A stretch of DNA of 64,000 nt from the NCBI GenBank assembly GCA_963843015.1, contig CAWJIR010000005.1:6472-70471 (forward strand), in the 5' to 3' direction. Origin of the DNA: an uncultured Chloroflexia bacterium. GTDB taxonomy: Bacteria; Chloroflexota; Limnocylindria; QHBO01. Shown in pieces: positions 46,837 through 62,348 of this stretch. How positions within the stretch are numbered: position 1 is the first letter of the stretch; every line of letters starts with the position of its first letter. Below the pieces are notes generated by a model that had not been told where the DNA came from, ran no database searches, and saw only the letters and a list, made by a program, of their open reading frames with translations. Position numbers and translations under genes: made by a program.

Positions 46837-47547
46837 CTATCGGGCGACCGGGGGAGTGTCAACGAACAGGAGCCGCTCCCGGATGGCGCGCGTCATCTGC
46901 AGACGGAGGCCCAGGGCGTCCACGACGTCCCGTGGCCGACCCGCGCCGCTGGGGTCGAGGCGCAGCTGCATCCGGAGCCGCGCCGTCCGCGCCTCCTCGT
47001 CGACGCTCATCACCTCGAGGTCCTCGACGTAGGGACGGAGGTCGCGCTCGGCCGCGTCCGACCGCCGCTCGCTCTCACCCCGCCGCCGCATGCCGGGGAG
47101 GGAGGTGGCCCCGAGGAGCTGGACGACACCGGCGCGCATGTCGTCGGCCGTGACTCCCTCCGGAAGATGCACCTCGACCTCGTACTCCCCGCCGCGGACC
47201 TGGGACGCGGCCGACGGGAAGCCGTGCCACACCTCCCGCGCGTCCACGATGGCGAGGCCGTCGGCCAGACCCTCACCGGCGGCGACGAGCCGCTCGCGCG
47301 TCACCAGCTCGTCGAACCAGACCTCGACCACGTCGCCCCGCAGCTCGAGGTTGGCTGGGGTGATGGCCGCCAGCCGGATCCGGGGCCGCGGCCGCTTGGC
47401 GGCGGTGTGGGAGACCGGCAGCTCCGCCTCGGTCAGGACCCGCTGGAACTCGGCGACGACGTCCTGCTGCCGCATCCGGAGGGCCGGATCGGTGCGGGAG
47501 TACAGGATCTGCCACCGCTGGCGCGGCGCGTCGGGTTCGGCGGTCAT
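46837..47547 (-). CDS. DUF2344 / TIGR03936-like radical-SAM-associated protein
   Basis: The 237-aa C-terminal part of ORF 46837..48102, from MTAEPDAPRQRWQILYSR. The upstream part of that ORF is antisense shadow of the transporter gene. The family call rests on overall pattern and its position upstream of rplU-rpmA. Confidence 0.55.
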   Translation of the reverse strand: MTAEPDAPRQRWQILYSRTDPALRMRQQDVVAEFQRVLTEAELPVSHTAAKRPRPRIRLAAITPANLELRGDVVEVWFDELVTRERLVAAGEGLADGLAIVDAREVWHGFPSAASQVRGGEYEVEVHLPEGVTADDMRAGVVQLLGATSLPGMRRRGESERRSDAAERDLRPYVEDLEVMSVDEEARTARLRMQLRLDPSGAGRPRDVVDALGLRLQMTRAIRERLLFVDTPPVAR

Positions 47548-47592
47548 CGTCCGCCGATGGTACCGCTCCCCGGTCCCCGAAACGCGCTCGGC

Positions 47593-47598
47593 TAGGAT
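47593..47598 (+). promoter_or_regulatory. candidate -10 hexamer TAGGAT, 7 nt upstream of the GTG start (leaderless-type arrangement)
   Basis: gcTAGGATcacgcgcGTG, with no Shine-Dalgarno between the hexamer and the start. Confidence 0.3.
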
Positions 47599-47605
47599 CA
47601 CGCGC

Positions 47606-48892
47606 GTGGAGTGGGTCGCCAGGCATCGGCTCGGGCTGTTCGTCACCGTTCGCCATCGCCCTCGTGGTCGCTGGCCCTCTGGCTGGCGCGGGGCGCGCTG
47701 CCGGTGTTCGGCATCGCCATCGCCCTGGCGTTCCTGCTCGACCCGCCGGTGACCGCGCTCAACCGCCGCGGCGTGCCTCGCCTGGCCGGGATCCTGATCG
47801 TCTACGTGGCCGTGGTCGTCGGCGTGATCCTCCTCGGGATGCTGCTCCTGCCGCCGCTGTTCGAGCAGCTCCAGCGCTTCCTGGAGGAGCTGCCGTCCCT
47901 GGCCGCCCAGTTCATTGCCTGGGAGGAGGCCATCGTCGAGTGGCTCGCCGGCCTCCCGCTCCCGGAGCCCATCCGCGACGCGCTGGACACGATCATCGCG
48001 GAGCGGGCAGCAGGCCGTCATCGGCCTGCTCGAGGCCATCGTCGGCCCGCTCCTCAGCCTGATCGCCCGGACCGCCGGCTTCATCGTCGGCCTGGTCGTC
48101 ATCCCGGTCTGGCTGCTCTACGTCCTGAAGGACCGCGAGCGCCTGCCGGACGGGATCCTGCGCTTGCTGCCGGTCGGGTGGCGGACCGATGCCGGCAACG
48201 GGATGGCCCTCACCACCAGCGTCATCGGTCGCTGGATTCGCGGCCAGCTGCTGCTGGGGGCCGTCATCTTCGTCGCAACCCTCATCGGTCTTCTCGTGCT
48301 GGCCCTCATCGGGTTCACCGAGTTCGCCGACTTCGCGGTCCTCCTGGCCCTGGTCGCGGGCATCCTCGAGCTCGTCCCGATCATCGGTCCGATCATCGCC
48401 GCCGTCCCGGCGATCCTCATCGGCGCGTCCATTTCGCCGGCCGCCGCGCTCGCCGCGATCGCCCTGTACACGATCATCCAGCAGGTCGAGAACCACCTCC
48501 TCGTCCCGAAGGTCATGGGCGACGCGGTCGACCTCCATCCGGCGGTCGTGATCCTGTCCCTCATCGTGGGGGCGTCGCTGTTCGGGCTGTGGGGCGCGAT
48601 CCTCGCGGCGCCGGTCGTCGCCCTCGGGCGCGACCTGTACCGATACGGCTTCCAGCGACTGGACGGTGGCTCCCCCGACGAGGCCCGGGCGTTTGCCACG
48701 ACCGGGGTCACGCCGCCGCAGCCGAGCCCGGCCGACGCCGGGCCGCCGCCCGGCGCCGGACCGCCCGCCGGAGCAGGACCGCCTCCGGGAGCCGGCCCGC
48801 CGGACCCGCAACCGCGCCTAGAACGTCTCGGTCCGGGTGTGCATCCGCACCGATTGGATGATGCCCATCCCGAACAGGATCGACACCGTTGA
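47606..48892 (+). CDS. AI-2E family (UPF0118/PerM) transporter (frame changes; both ends uncertain)
   Basis: ALWLARGALPVFGIAIALAFLLDPPVTALNRRGVPR..; ORF 47915..48892 has LLALVAGILELVPIIGPIIAAVPAIL..IIQQVENHLLVPKVMG. It has a Pro/Gly/Ala-rich tail. Confidence 0.78.
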
Positions 48893-49954
48893 CGAGCCGC
48901 CGTAGGTGATGAACGGCAGCGGGATGCCGGTCACCGGCAGGAGGCCGATGACCATCCCGATATTCACGACCACCTGGAACAGGAGCATGGTCGCCATCCC
49001 CATCGCCACCAGGCGGCCCAGCGCATCGCGCGACCGCCAGCCGATGAGCGTGATCCGCCACAGCAGCAGCCCGAAGAGGGCGAGCAGGATCAGCCCGCCG
49101 ACCAGCCCGAGCTCCTCGGCCACCACGGTGAAGATGAAGTCCGTGGTCTGGACCGGGAGCGAGTCGAGCTGGTTCGCCTGTCCGGCGGTGAGGCCCTGGC
49201 CCAGCCAGCCCCCGGAACCGACCGTGTTCAGCGACTGGACGAGCTGGTAGCAGGCGCCCTGGGGATCGGCGGCGGGGTCGAGGAAGCAGAGCAGGCGCGC
49301 GACCTGGTAGTCGGCCAGCTGCGCCGAGCGCCACCGGGGTGAGCGCCACCAGGACGCCTCCGAAGAGCGCCATCCAGCCGATGCTCGCGCCGGCGATGAA
49401 GAGCATCCCGCCCAGGATGGCCACGAACACGAGCGCGGTCCCGAGGTCGGGCTGGCGAAGGACGAGGGCGGTGGGCAGGGCGGTGAGGAGCCCGGCGCCG
49501 AGGATGGTCGACAGCCTGCCCGACCCGCGCGCCCCGCCCGGCCAGGAACGCCGCCAGGACGACGACCATCAGGACCTTCGCGATCTCGGAGAACTGGAAG
49601 TCCAGGCCGCCGATGGTCACCGACAGCTGCGCGCCGGAGATCACCGTCCCGGCCACGAGGTTGACGATCAGCAGCCCCAGGGTGAACAGGTAGATCGGGA
49701 TCGCGAACGTCCGGAGCCAGTGGTAGTCGACCGATGCCGCCAGGACCATGAGGCTGAAGCCGAGGACCGTCCAGATCACGGTCTTCACCGGCTGCGCGAC
49801 ACCGCCATCGAGCGGCGCATCCGCTCCACGCCGCCGAAATGCCGAGCACCAAGCCGAAGCCGAGGAGCAGGAGCAGGTACAGCGTCAGCTGCCAGTCGAA
49901 GTCGCGCCAGCGACGCGCTCCGGTGACCTCGATGGTGGAGACCGCGACGCCCAT
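48818..49954 (-). CDS. rodA: SEDS-family peptidoglycan polymerase RodA (many frame changes)
   Basis: WRDFDWQLTLYLLLLLGFG.., QFSEIAKVLMVVVLAAFLA.., FVAILGGMLFIAG.. and PVQTTDFIFTVVAEELGLVGG..GLLPVTGIPLPFITYGGSS, spread over three frames. Located downstream of mrdA. Confidence 0.88.
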   Translation of the reverse strand: MGVAVSTIEVTGARRWRDFDWQLTLYLLLLLGFGLVLGISAAWSGCAARWRCRAAGEDRDLDGPRLQPHGPGGIGRLPLAPDVRDPDLPVHPGAADRQPRGRDGDLRRAAVGDHRRPGLPVLRDREGPDGRRPGGVPGRAGRAGRAGCRPSSAPGSSPPCPPPSSFASPTSGPRSCSWPSWAGCSSSPARASAGWRSSEASWWRSPRWRSAQLADYQVARLLCFLDPAADPQGACYQLVQSLNTVGSGGWLGQGLTAGQANQLDSLPVQTTDFIFTVVAEELGLVGGLILLALFGLLLWRITLIGWRSRDALGRLVAMGMATMLLFQVVVNIGMVIGLLPVTGIPLPFITYGGSSTVSILFGMGIIQSVRMHTRTETF

Positions 49955-49957
49955 CGG

Positions 49958-51881
49958 TCAGTTCCCCCCGGTCAGCCGTCGCAGGGTGACCGGGTCGAGG
50001 CGGAGATCCTGGTCCAGCTGCGAAATACTGCTGGAGGAAGTACTTCACGACCTCGGTCGAGACGTTGCCGATGACCGTCGCCCGATAGGTGAAGGTGATG
50101 ACCGCGAGCGGAGAGTCGGTGGCTCCCGGCGACGACGGGAGGAACGCGACGAACCAGGAGTGGAACGGCAGGATGCCCTGGGCGTCGGGTAGGCCGAACT
50201 CGGCGGTCCCGGTCTTCCCCGACAGCGTTCCCGGCAGCCGCAGGTCGCTGATGTTGTACGCGTGACCGGTGGTGATCACCTGGCGGGCGCCGATGCGCAT
50301 ACGTCTGCAGGTTCGCCGGGTCGGCGGCCACCTCGTGCAGGACCTCGGGCTCGTAGCGCTCGACCAGGTTTCCCTCCGCATCGGCCTCGCCGAGGACGAT
50401 CTGCGGTCGCATCAGGTGTCCGCCGTTGGCCAGTGCCGCATACGCATTCAGCAGCTGAAGCGGCGTCACCGCGATCACGTTCTGACCGATCCCGGCCTGG
50501 GCCAGCTCGCCGGTGAAGACCCCGGTCCGGCCCTGGCTGTGCGCCCACTCGGTCGAGGCGATCACCCCGCTGGCCTCGTTCGGCAGGTCGATCCCGGTCG
50601 GCGACCCGAAGCCCAGCTCATGGGCCCACTTCGCCAGCCGATCGACGCCGAGGTGCACGGCCATCTGATAGAAGAACGTGTCGGAGCTGATGGCGAACGC
50701 CTCGACCATGTTCAGGTTGCCGAAGCCCGCGGCGGTTCCAGTCGCTCAGGCAGTCGCCCGGCGGGGCCCCGGGGATCTGGTAGCAGCCGTACGTCGGCCA
50801 CCGCTGGCTGGGCGAGGTCACGCCCTCCTGCAGCGCGGCGAGGCCGGTCACCAGCTTGAACGTCGACCCGGGCGGGTAGATGTCGGCCACGGCGTGGTTG
50901 CGGAGCGGCAGGTTCGGGTCGGCGAGGTAGGACTGGTACAGCTCGTCGGAGATCCCCCCCGCGAACGCGTTGTTGTCGTACACGGGAGCGAGACCATGGC
51001 CAGGATCTCGCCGGTCTGGGGGTTCATGACGATCGTCACGCCCTGGCTCACGTTCGCCTCGCGCATGCCCCACAGCAGCGACTCGGTCGCCATCCGCTGG
51101 AGGCGGGCATCAATGGTCAGGACCAGGTTGCGCCCCGCGACCGGCGCCCGCGTCTCCTCCAGGACCTTCACCAGCCGGCCCGAGGCATCCCGCTCCCATC
51201 GAGCCGATCCGTACTCCCCGCGCAGCGTCGTCTTCGAAGGCGGCCTCGACCCCGGTGCGGCCGATGGCGTCGTCGTGGAGGTAGCCCTCGTCGGCCATGC
51301 GCGTCCAGCTCCTCGGCGTTGATCGGCCCGGTGTAGCCGACCACGTGGGCGAGCAGCGTCCCGTCGGCTTCGCCGCGTTCGTTGAGGTACTGCCGTCGAG
51401 GGACGACCTGCAGGCTGATTCCCGGCAGCGCCGCGGACTCCTCGGCCAGGAGCGAGGGCCGCCTGTCGGCCAACGTCCTCGGCCAGCGGGACAAGGTCAA
51501 AGGGTGACCCGTTGAACGCATCGAGCCGCGCCTGCGAGTTCGGCGGCCGGGATGCCGGTGACCGTCGGCCACCCGATTGAGCACCGACGTCGCGGCGGTG
51601 CGTCGGGCAGGTCGGCCGGCCGCACGGCGACGGTCCAGGTCGGGACGTTGACGACCAGCGGGCGGCCCTCGCGGTCGAAGACCAGCCCGCGCTGGGACGG
51701 GATGGCCACCTCGACCGAATGGGCCGCCGTCGGCCTCCTCGGCCCGCGCCGTCCCCTCGATGACCTGCAGCTGGAACAGCCGTCCGGCGAGGACCGTGAA
51801 CAGGACGACGGCGATGACGCCGAAGGCGACGAACCGCGCCCCGAGGCGCGGCGACTCGGGGTGCTCGAACGCGGTGCCCAT
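49958..51881 (-). CDS. mrdA: penicillin-binding protein 2 (many frame changes)
   Basis: TM anchor FVAFGVIAVVLFTVLAGRLFQLQV. Transpeptidase motifs YPPGSTFKLVTGLAAL, FAISSDTFFY and LSGKTGTAE. Confidence 0.88.
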
Positions 51882-51884
51882 CGG

Positions 51885-52321
51885 CTACGCCGTCACGGGC
51901 TCATACCCGAGCCGGGTCATCGCGGCGCGGGCCACGAGGTACAGGGCGACGGCCAGCAGCCCGTTCACGATGGCGCTCGGGACCACGAGCGCGAGCAGGT
52001 CCTGCGGCCGGATGACGCCCCCGGTTCCGCCCTGGAGCAGGAGCACGCCCACGCCGAGAGGTCCAGGAGGACGCTGCCGCCGATACCGCCCGACCAGGGC
52101 CAGGACGGCGGTGCGGCGGCCCGAGCGCACGCGCCCAGGACGCGCCACCATGCCCGACCACCAGCAGGAGGCCGAGGGGAATCGTGCCCAGCGGCGTCGG
52201 TGGTGAGCAGGTTGGCGGTCAGGCCGCCGACGAAGGCCCAGATCGCTCCGCTGCCCAGCCCGAGCAGGGCGGTCACGGCGACGACCGCCGCGAGAATGAG
52301 ATTGGGTCTCATATCACCCAT
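51885..52321 (-). CDS. mreD: rod-shape-determining protein MreD (frame changes; N-terminus probably longer)
   Basis: MRPNLILAAVVAVTALLGLGSGAIWAFVGGLTANLL.. The C-terminus is ..LLALVVPSAIVNGLLAVALYLVARAAM. The in-frame upstream reading (SALLALATGLVHASLAPLLA) also looks MreD-like but has no start codon. Confidence 0.6.
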
Positions 52322-52491
52322 GGCCAGCAGCGGGGCGAGGCTGGCGTGGACGAGGCCAGTGGCGAGAGCGAGTAGCGCGCTGACGACGTTGATCGGATCG
52401 GATTCCCGGGACGGATTCGAGCTTGGCGCGGTGTGGCCAAGTATAGGCCAAACTGCCTGTCCGAGACCGTCCCCGGAGCACGCCTCGATGC

Positions 52492-52507
52492 TGTTTCACG
52501 TGAAACA
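52492..52507. promoter_or_regulatory. parS: parS centromere-like site (ParB binding palindrome)
   Basis: TGTTTCACGTGAAACA is a perfect 16-bp palindrome matching the widely conserved parS consensus tGTTnCACGTGAAACa. It lies 80 nt upstream of parA. Confidence 0.88.
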
Positions 52508-52587
52508 TTGAGCCGGTGGTAATCGGTCGAAAACGCCCCAAACTGGTACAATTGAGCCTGCCCCCAGGAACTCGCAACGGAGCGTTC

Positions 52588-53349
52588 GTGGCTAGGGTTA
52601 CAGCCTGTACCAACCAAAAGGGTGGCGTCGGAAAGACGACCACCGTCATCAATCTCGCGGCCTACCTGGCGCTCGCGGGCACCCGCACACTCGTCATCGA
52701 CCTGGATCCGCAGGGCAATGCGTCGACGGGTCTCGGGGCCGATCGCCGGGTCGTCGGGCACGATCTACGACGCGCTCATCGATCGCATCGCCGATTTCGG
52801 AGCTCGCCCGACCGACGGCCATCAAGGGCCTCGACCTCGTCCCTGCCACCCCAACGCTGGCCGGCGCCGAAATCGAGCTGGTGGGAATCCCGGCCCGAGA
52901 GCATCGGCTGGCGGCGAGCCTGGCCGGCGTCGACGAACAATACGACCGAGTGCTGGTGGACTGCCCGCCGTCGCTGGGCCTGCTGACGGTGAACGCGCTC
53001 ACGGCCGCCGACGGGGTGCTCATCCCCATCCAGGCCGAGTTCTACGCCATGGAGGGACTGGGAAACCTGGTGAACACCATCCGCCTCATTCGCGGCATCG
53101 CTGAATCCGCGGCTCGAGATCGAGGGGGTGGTGATCACGATGTTCGACCGCCGGACCCGCCTGTCGTTCCAGGTGGCGGACGAGGTTCGCCGCCATCTCG
53201 ACGGCACCGTGTATGACACCGTCGTACCACGCAGCGTGCGGCTGAGCGAGGCCCCGAGCCACGGTCTGCCCATCGCCCTCTATGACCCAGCCTCGCACGG
53301 CGCCCACGCCTACGAGGACCTGGCGGCCGAGGTGGCTGCCCGTGCCTGA
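52588..53349 (+). CDS. parA: chromosome partitioning ATPase ParA/Soj (several frame changes)
   Basis: GTG start. Deviant Walker [22 protein letters not shown], plus [42 protein letters not shown] and [17 protein letters not shown]. Confidence 0.92.
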
Positions 53350-54244
53350 GTCGGGCCCACGCGAGTTCGGCCTCGGCCGCGGCCTCGACGCGCTCATCCC
53401 GCCACCGGCCGGCGCCGAGGATGGGCGGCAGATTCCGCTCGATCGGATCGTGGCCAACCCCCACCAGCCGCGCGCTCGGTTCGAGGGTGACGAGCTGACC
53501 GACCTCGCGTCGTCCATCTCCACCCACGGCGTGCTGCAGCCGGTCGTGGTCCGCGGCCTGCCCAACGGGGACTACCAGCTCATCGCCGGCGAGCGTCGGG
53601 TCCGTGCCGCGCGGATGGCCGGCCTGTCCCAGATCCCGGCGGTCGTCCGCGAGCCCACCGAGGAGCAGATGGTCGAGCTGGCCCTGATCGAAAACCTGCA
53701 GCGGACCGATCTCAACCCACTCGAGGAGGCGCTCGGCTTCCGGCTGCTCATCGACCGGTTCGGGATGCCGCACGAAGCCGTGGCGTCGCGCGTCGGGCGC
53801 TCGCGCGCGGCGGTGACGCAACGCGCTCCGCCTGCTCGACCTCGCGCCCGAGACGCAGGAGGCGCTGCTCGAGGGCCAGATCAGCGAGGGCCATGCCCGG
53901 GCCCTGGCGGGCCTCACCGTGCCCGAGCTGCAGGTTGCCGCGCTCGCCATCGTGCTCGAGCGAAAGCTCTCCGTCCGCCAGACCGAGGAGCTCGTTCGGC
54001 GTCGGCGCCGGCAGGCCCGTCCCGACCCGGTCAGCGCCCAGGAGGAGGACCTCCAGGAGCTCGAGAACCGCCTGCGCGGCCTCCTCGCCACCAAGGTGGC
54101 GATCACCCGGACCCGGCGCGGGGGCCGGATCAGCATCGAGTTCGCCTCCGACGAGGAGCTCGATCGGCTGATGACCTGGATCCTGCGGAACGTTCCGGAG
54201 CGCGAACCCGCCGCGGTCGCGGTCGGCATGGCGGGAGACTTCGA

Positions 54245-54248
<4 letters not shown>
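53342..54248 (+). CDS. parB: chromosome partitioning protein ParB/Spo0J (one frame change near 53820)
   Basis: [65 protein letters not shown] and C-terminus are in ORF 53919..54248. Confidence 0.92.
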
Positions 54249-56217
<1,969 letters not shown>

Positions 56218-56229
56218 GAGGGAAGACCG

Positions 56230-56458
56230 ATGCCATCTCGACACGTCGCCGACATCCGCCAGGTCGAGGCCAAGACCGGCCGGACCCTGGAGGACTGGTG
56301 CTCGCTGCTCGAGGCCAACGGGATCGGCGAGCGGCGCGACGCCGTGAACTTCCTCCGCGACGGCTACGCCGTCGCCCACGCCTACGCCCTGGCCATCGCC
56401 GACCACTGCCTTCGGGCGGGTCGCGACTCGTACGGCGACGACTGGGACGACGAGGCGC

Positions 56459-56465
<7 letters not shown>
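56230..56465 (+). CDS. DUF4287-like small protein (3' end uncertain)
   Basis: [52 protein letters not shown] resembles the DUF4287 pattern. The likely stop overlaps the next ATG (ATGGTGA) after a shift. Confidence 0.45.
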
Positions 56466-59510
<3,045 letters not shown>

Positions 59511-59565
59511 CGCGCTAGAATCGCCTGCCGGGGTCCTGCCCGGTACGGAGCACGGAGCGAGCCCC

Positions 59566-60595
59566 TTGTACGCCGACGAGTTCAGCATCTACTCGGGCAA
59601 CGCCAACCGGCCGCTGGCGGAGGACATCTGCCGCTACCTCCAGACCCGGATGGGCGACGCCGACGTTTTCCAGTTCGCGAACGAGAACATCTTCGTCCGC
59701 ATCCTCGAGAACGTCCGTGAGCAGGACGTGTTCCTGGTCCAGCCAACCTGCCGGCCGGTGAACCACTCGATCATGGAGCTGCTGATCATGATCGACGCCT
59801 TCAAACGAGCCAGCGCGGGGCGGATCACCGCGGTCATTCCGTACTACGCCTATGGCCGCTCCGACAAGAAGGACCAGCCACGGGTTCCGATCACGGCGCG
59901 GCTCGTCGCCGACATGCTGACCGTGGCCGGGGCGGATCGGGTCCTGACCATGGACCTCCACCAGGGCCAGATCCAGGGCTTCTTCTCGATCCCGGTCGAC
60001 GAGCTGACCGCCGTGGACATGCTGGCCAAGTACGTGACCGGCCTCGGGCTGGAGGACCTGGTCGTGGTCAGCGAGCTGGGCTTCGCGAAGAAGGCACGGA
60101 ACTTCGCCGAGAAGCTCGGTGCGCCACTGGCGATCGTCGAGAAGCGGCGCCAGGGCAACGACGACCAGGCCGAGCTGAAGAACGTCATCGGTGAGGTCAA
60201 CGGCAAGACCGCGGTCATCATCGACGACGAGATCAACACCGGCGGGTCACTCATCGAGACGGTCAATGCCCTCATCGCGGATGGCGCCAAGGATGTCTAC
60301 TCGTGCGCGACCCACGGCGTCTTCTCCGGGGCGGCGCTCGAACGAATCGAGGCGTCGGCCATTCGGGAGGTCATCGTGACCGACACCATTCCGCTGCCCG
60401 AGGGCGCGGAGGGCAGCCGGATCACCGTCCTGTCGCGTGGCCCCGCTCTTCGGGGAGGCCATCCGCCGCATCCACCGTGGCGAGAGCGTCGGCGCCCTCT
60501 TCTCGTCCGAGGTCGAGCTGGTCGAGGAGATGACCTTCTGGGGCGCGCACGGCGAAGACGAGGAAGAGGCCGAGGCCGTCACGGTCGAGGGCTGA
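59566..60595 (+). CDS. prs: ribose-phosphate pyrophosphokinase (one frame change near 60440; TTG start)
   Basis: FSIYSGNANRPLAEDI, VIPYYAYGRSDKK, TMDLHQGQIQGFF and PRPP loop AVIIDDEINTGGSL. The tail is ..LFGEAIRRIHRGESV.. Confidence 0.93.
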
Positions 60596-60599
60596 GCGC

Positions 60600-61547
60600 G
60601 TGGGCGAGCTACGGCTGGGGATCCTCCCCTGGGGCCAGGCTACCGACTGGGAGTCCCTCGAATCGGTGGCGCGCCGGGTCGAGGAGCTCGGGTACGAGCA
60701 CGTCTGGGCCTGGGACCATCTGCACGCCATCTTCGGTGACCCGGACCAGCCGATCTTCGAGGGCTGGATGACATTGGCCGCCTGGGCGGAAGTCACCGAG
60801 CGCGTCCGTCTCGGGCTGCTGGTCGGCGCAAACACGTTTCGCAACCCGGGGGTCGTGGCCAAGATGGCGACCACGCTCGATCACATCAGCCGCGGTCGAG
60901 CCATCCTCGGCCTGGGCGGGGCCTGGTTCGAGCATGAGCATCGGGCACACGGCATCGATTTCGGCACCGGGCACGGGCAGCGCCTGGACTGGCTGCACGA
61001 GGCGGTGACGGCAATTCGCACGATCCTTGACGGCGAGGCTGCCACCAGTCCATCGGGCGGACGCTATCGGTTCGACCACCTCCAGCAGCTGCCGCGACCG
61101 CTCCAGGCTCGCCTCCCGATCATGATCGGTGGATCCGGGGAGAAGAAGACGCTTCGGACGGTGGCCATGTATGCCGACATGTGGAACGCAATGGGCAGCA
61201 CCGAGTTCCTCCGACACAAGGTCGATGTCCTGCAGGAGCATTGCGCCGCCGTCGGGCGAGACATCGCCGAGATCGAGCTCACGGTGGGGTGCAAGCCGCT
61301 GATCCGGGATACGGAAGCCGAGGCCCGCCGCACCTGGGAGGCGCTCATGGCCCATAACCGGACACCGATGAGCGAGGTGGCCGACGACGACACGTTCTGG
61401 ATCGGCACCCCGGACCAGATAGCCGAGCGGATGGTCGAGGCGCGGGCACTGGGTTTTGACACGTTCATCGCGGAGATACCCGCGCCGTATGACGAGGAGA
61501 CGCTCGAACGGTGGATCGGCGAGGTCAAGCCGATGGTGGAGGGCTGA
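60600..61547 (+). CDS. luciferase-like monooxygenase (LLM) family oxidoreductase, probably F420-dependent
   Basis: Intact 315-aa ORF with GYEHVWAWDHL, NPGVVAKMATTLDHISRGRAILGLGGAW, IMIGGSGEKKTLR and ADMWN. Confidence 0.8.
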   Translation: MGELRLGILPWGQATDWESLESVARRVEELGYEHVWAWDHLHAIFGDPDQPIFEGWMTLAAWAEVTERVRLGLLVGANTFRNPGVVAKMATTLDHISRGRAILGLGGAWFEHEHRAHGIDFGTGHGQRLDWLHEAVTAIRTILDGEAATSPSGGRYRFDHLQQLPRPLQARLPIMIGGSGEKKTLRTVAMYADMWNAMGSTEFLRHKVDVLQEHCAAVGRDIAEIELTVGCKPLIRDTEAEARRTWEALMAHNRTPMSEVADDDTFWIGTPDQIAERMVEARALGFDTFIAEIPAPYDEETLERWIGEVKPMVEG

Positions 61548-61622
61548 GCCGACCGGCACTTGCGCGCCCGAGCGATTCAGGCGAGTCTGGGCGCAGACAT
61601 CCCAAGACCGCGAGGAAGACCC

Positions 61623-62282
61623 ATGCGCAAGCTCCTGTTCGGCCTGGCCGCCGCATTCGGCCTGGCTGCCCTCACCTACCGCTTCGCCGTGATGCCGTTC
61701 CGGAGCTGGGGGCTGAGCCCCGGGGAGTCGTCCCGGACCCTGCCCGGCGACGAAGTGATCCCCACCGCCATCGGCGGCGAGACGAGGGCGATCACGATCG
61801 AGGCTCCGCCGGCAGCGGTATGGCCGTGGCTGGTCCAGCTGGGGTACGGCCGTGGCGGCTGGTACACGTACAACTCGATGGATTCGGGTGTCAGCGCGCG
61901 GGAGATCCTGCCGGACTTCCAGGTCCTTGCCGAGGGGGACCTGGTGCCGATGAACCCAGTGGGTGGGCTCGTCGTGCGCCGGCTCGACCCAGGGCAGGCT
62001 CTCGTGCTGTACATCGACTCCGACATGGCCCGCGAGCAATCCGGGGAGACCCCACAGATCGAGTTCGCCGCGACCTGGGCGTTCGTTCTGGACGAGCTGC
62101 CGGGCAACCGGACGCGGCTCATCGAGCGCATTCGGTTCCGATTCGGGGAAACCGACAAGCCCTGGATCCGGCACACGCTGCCGGTGATGGGGTTCGGCGT
62201 GTTCGTGATGCTGCGCAAGCAGCTCGAGGGCATCAAGGAGCGCGCCGAGCGGGCCCCGGAGCCGACGAAGGTGGTCGCCTGA
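61623..62282 (+). CDS. SRPBCC-superfamily protein with N-terminal signal/anchor
   Basis: Start taken at MRKLLFGLAAAFGLAAL. ITIEAPPAAVWPWLVQLGYGRGGWYTYN is typical of SRPBCC/polyketide-cyclase-like proteins. Confidence 0.6.
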   Translation: MRKLLFGLAAAFGLAALTYRFAVMPFRSWGLSPGESSRTLPGDEVIPTAIGGETRAITIEAPPAAVWPWLVQLGYGRGGWYTYNSMDSGVSAREILPDFQVLAEGDLVPMNPVGGLVVRRLDPGQALVLYIDSDMAREQSGETPQIEFAATWAFVLDELPGNRTRLIERIRFRFGETDKPWIRHTLPVMGFGVFVMLRKQLEGIKERAERAPEPTKVVA

Positions 62283-62330
62283 GGTTTCTGCGGACCTGAC
62301 CGCTCCACGGGGGATGCCGGGGCAGCCGGA

Positions 62331-62336
62331 TATACT
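62331..62336 (+). promoter_or_regulatory. candidate -10 hexamer TATACT, 12 nt upstream of the secA ATG (very short leader)
   Basis: ggaTATACTcgcggccgaccaATG, with no Shine-Dalgarno visible. Confidence 0.3.
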
Positions 62337-62348
62337 CGCGGCCGACCA

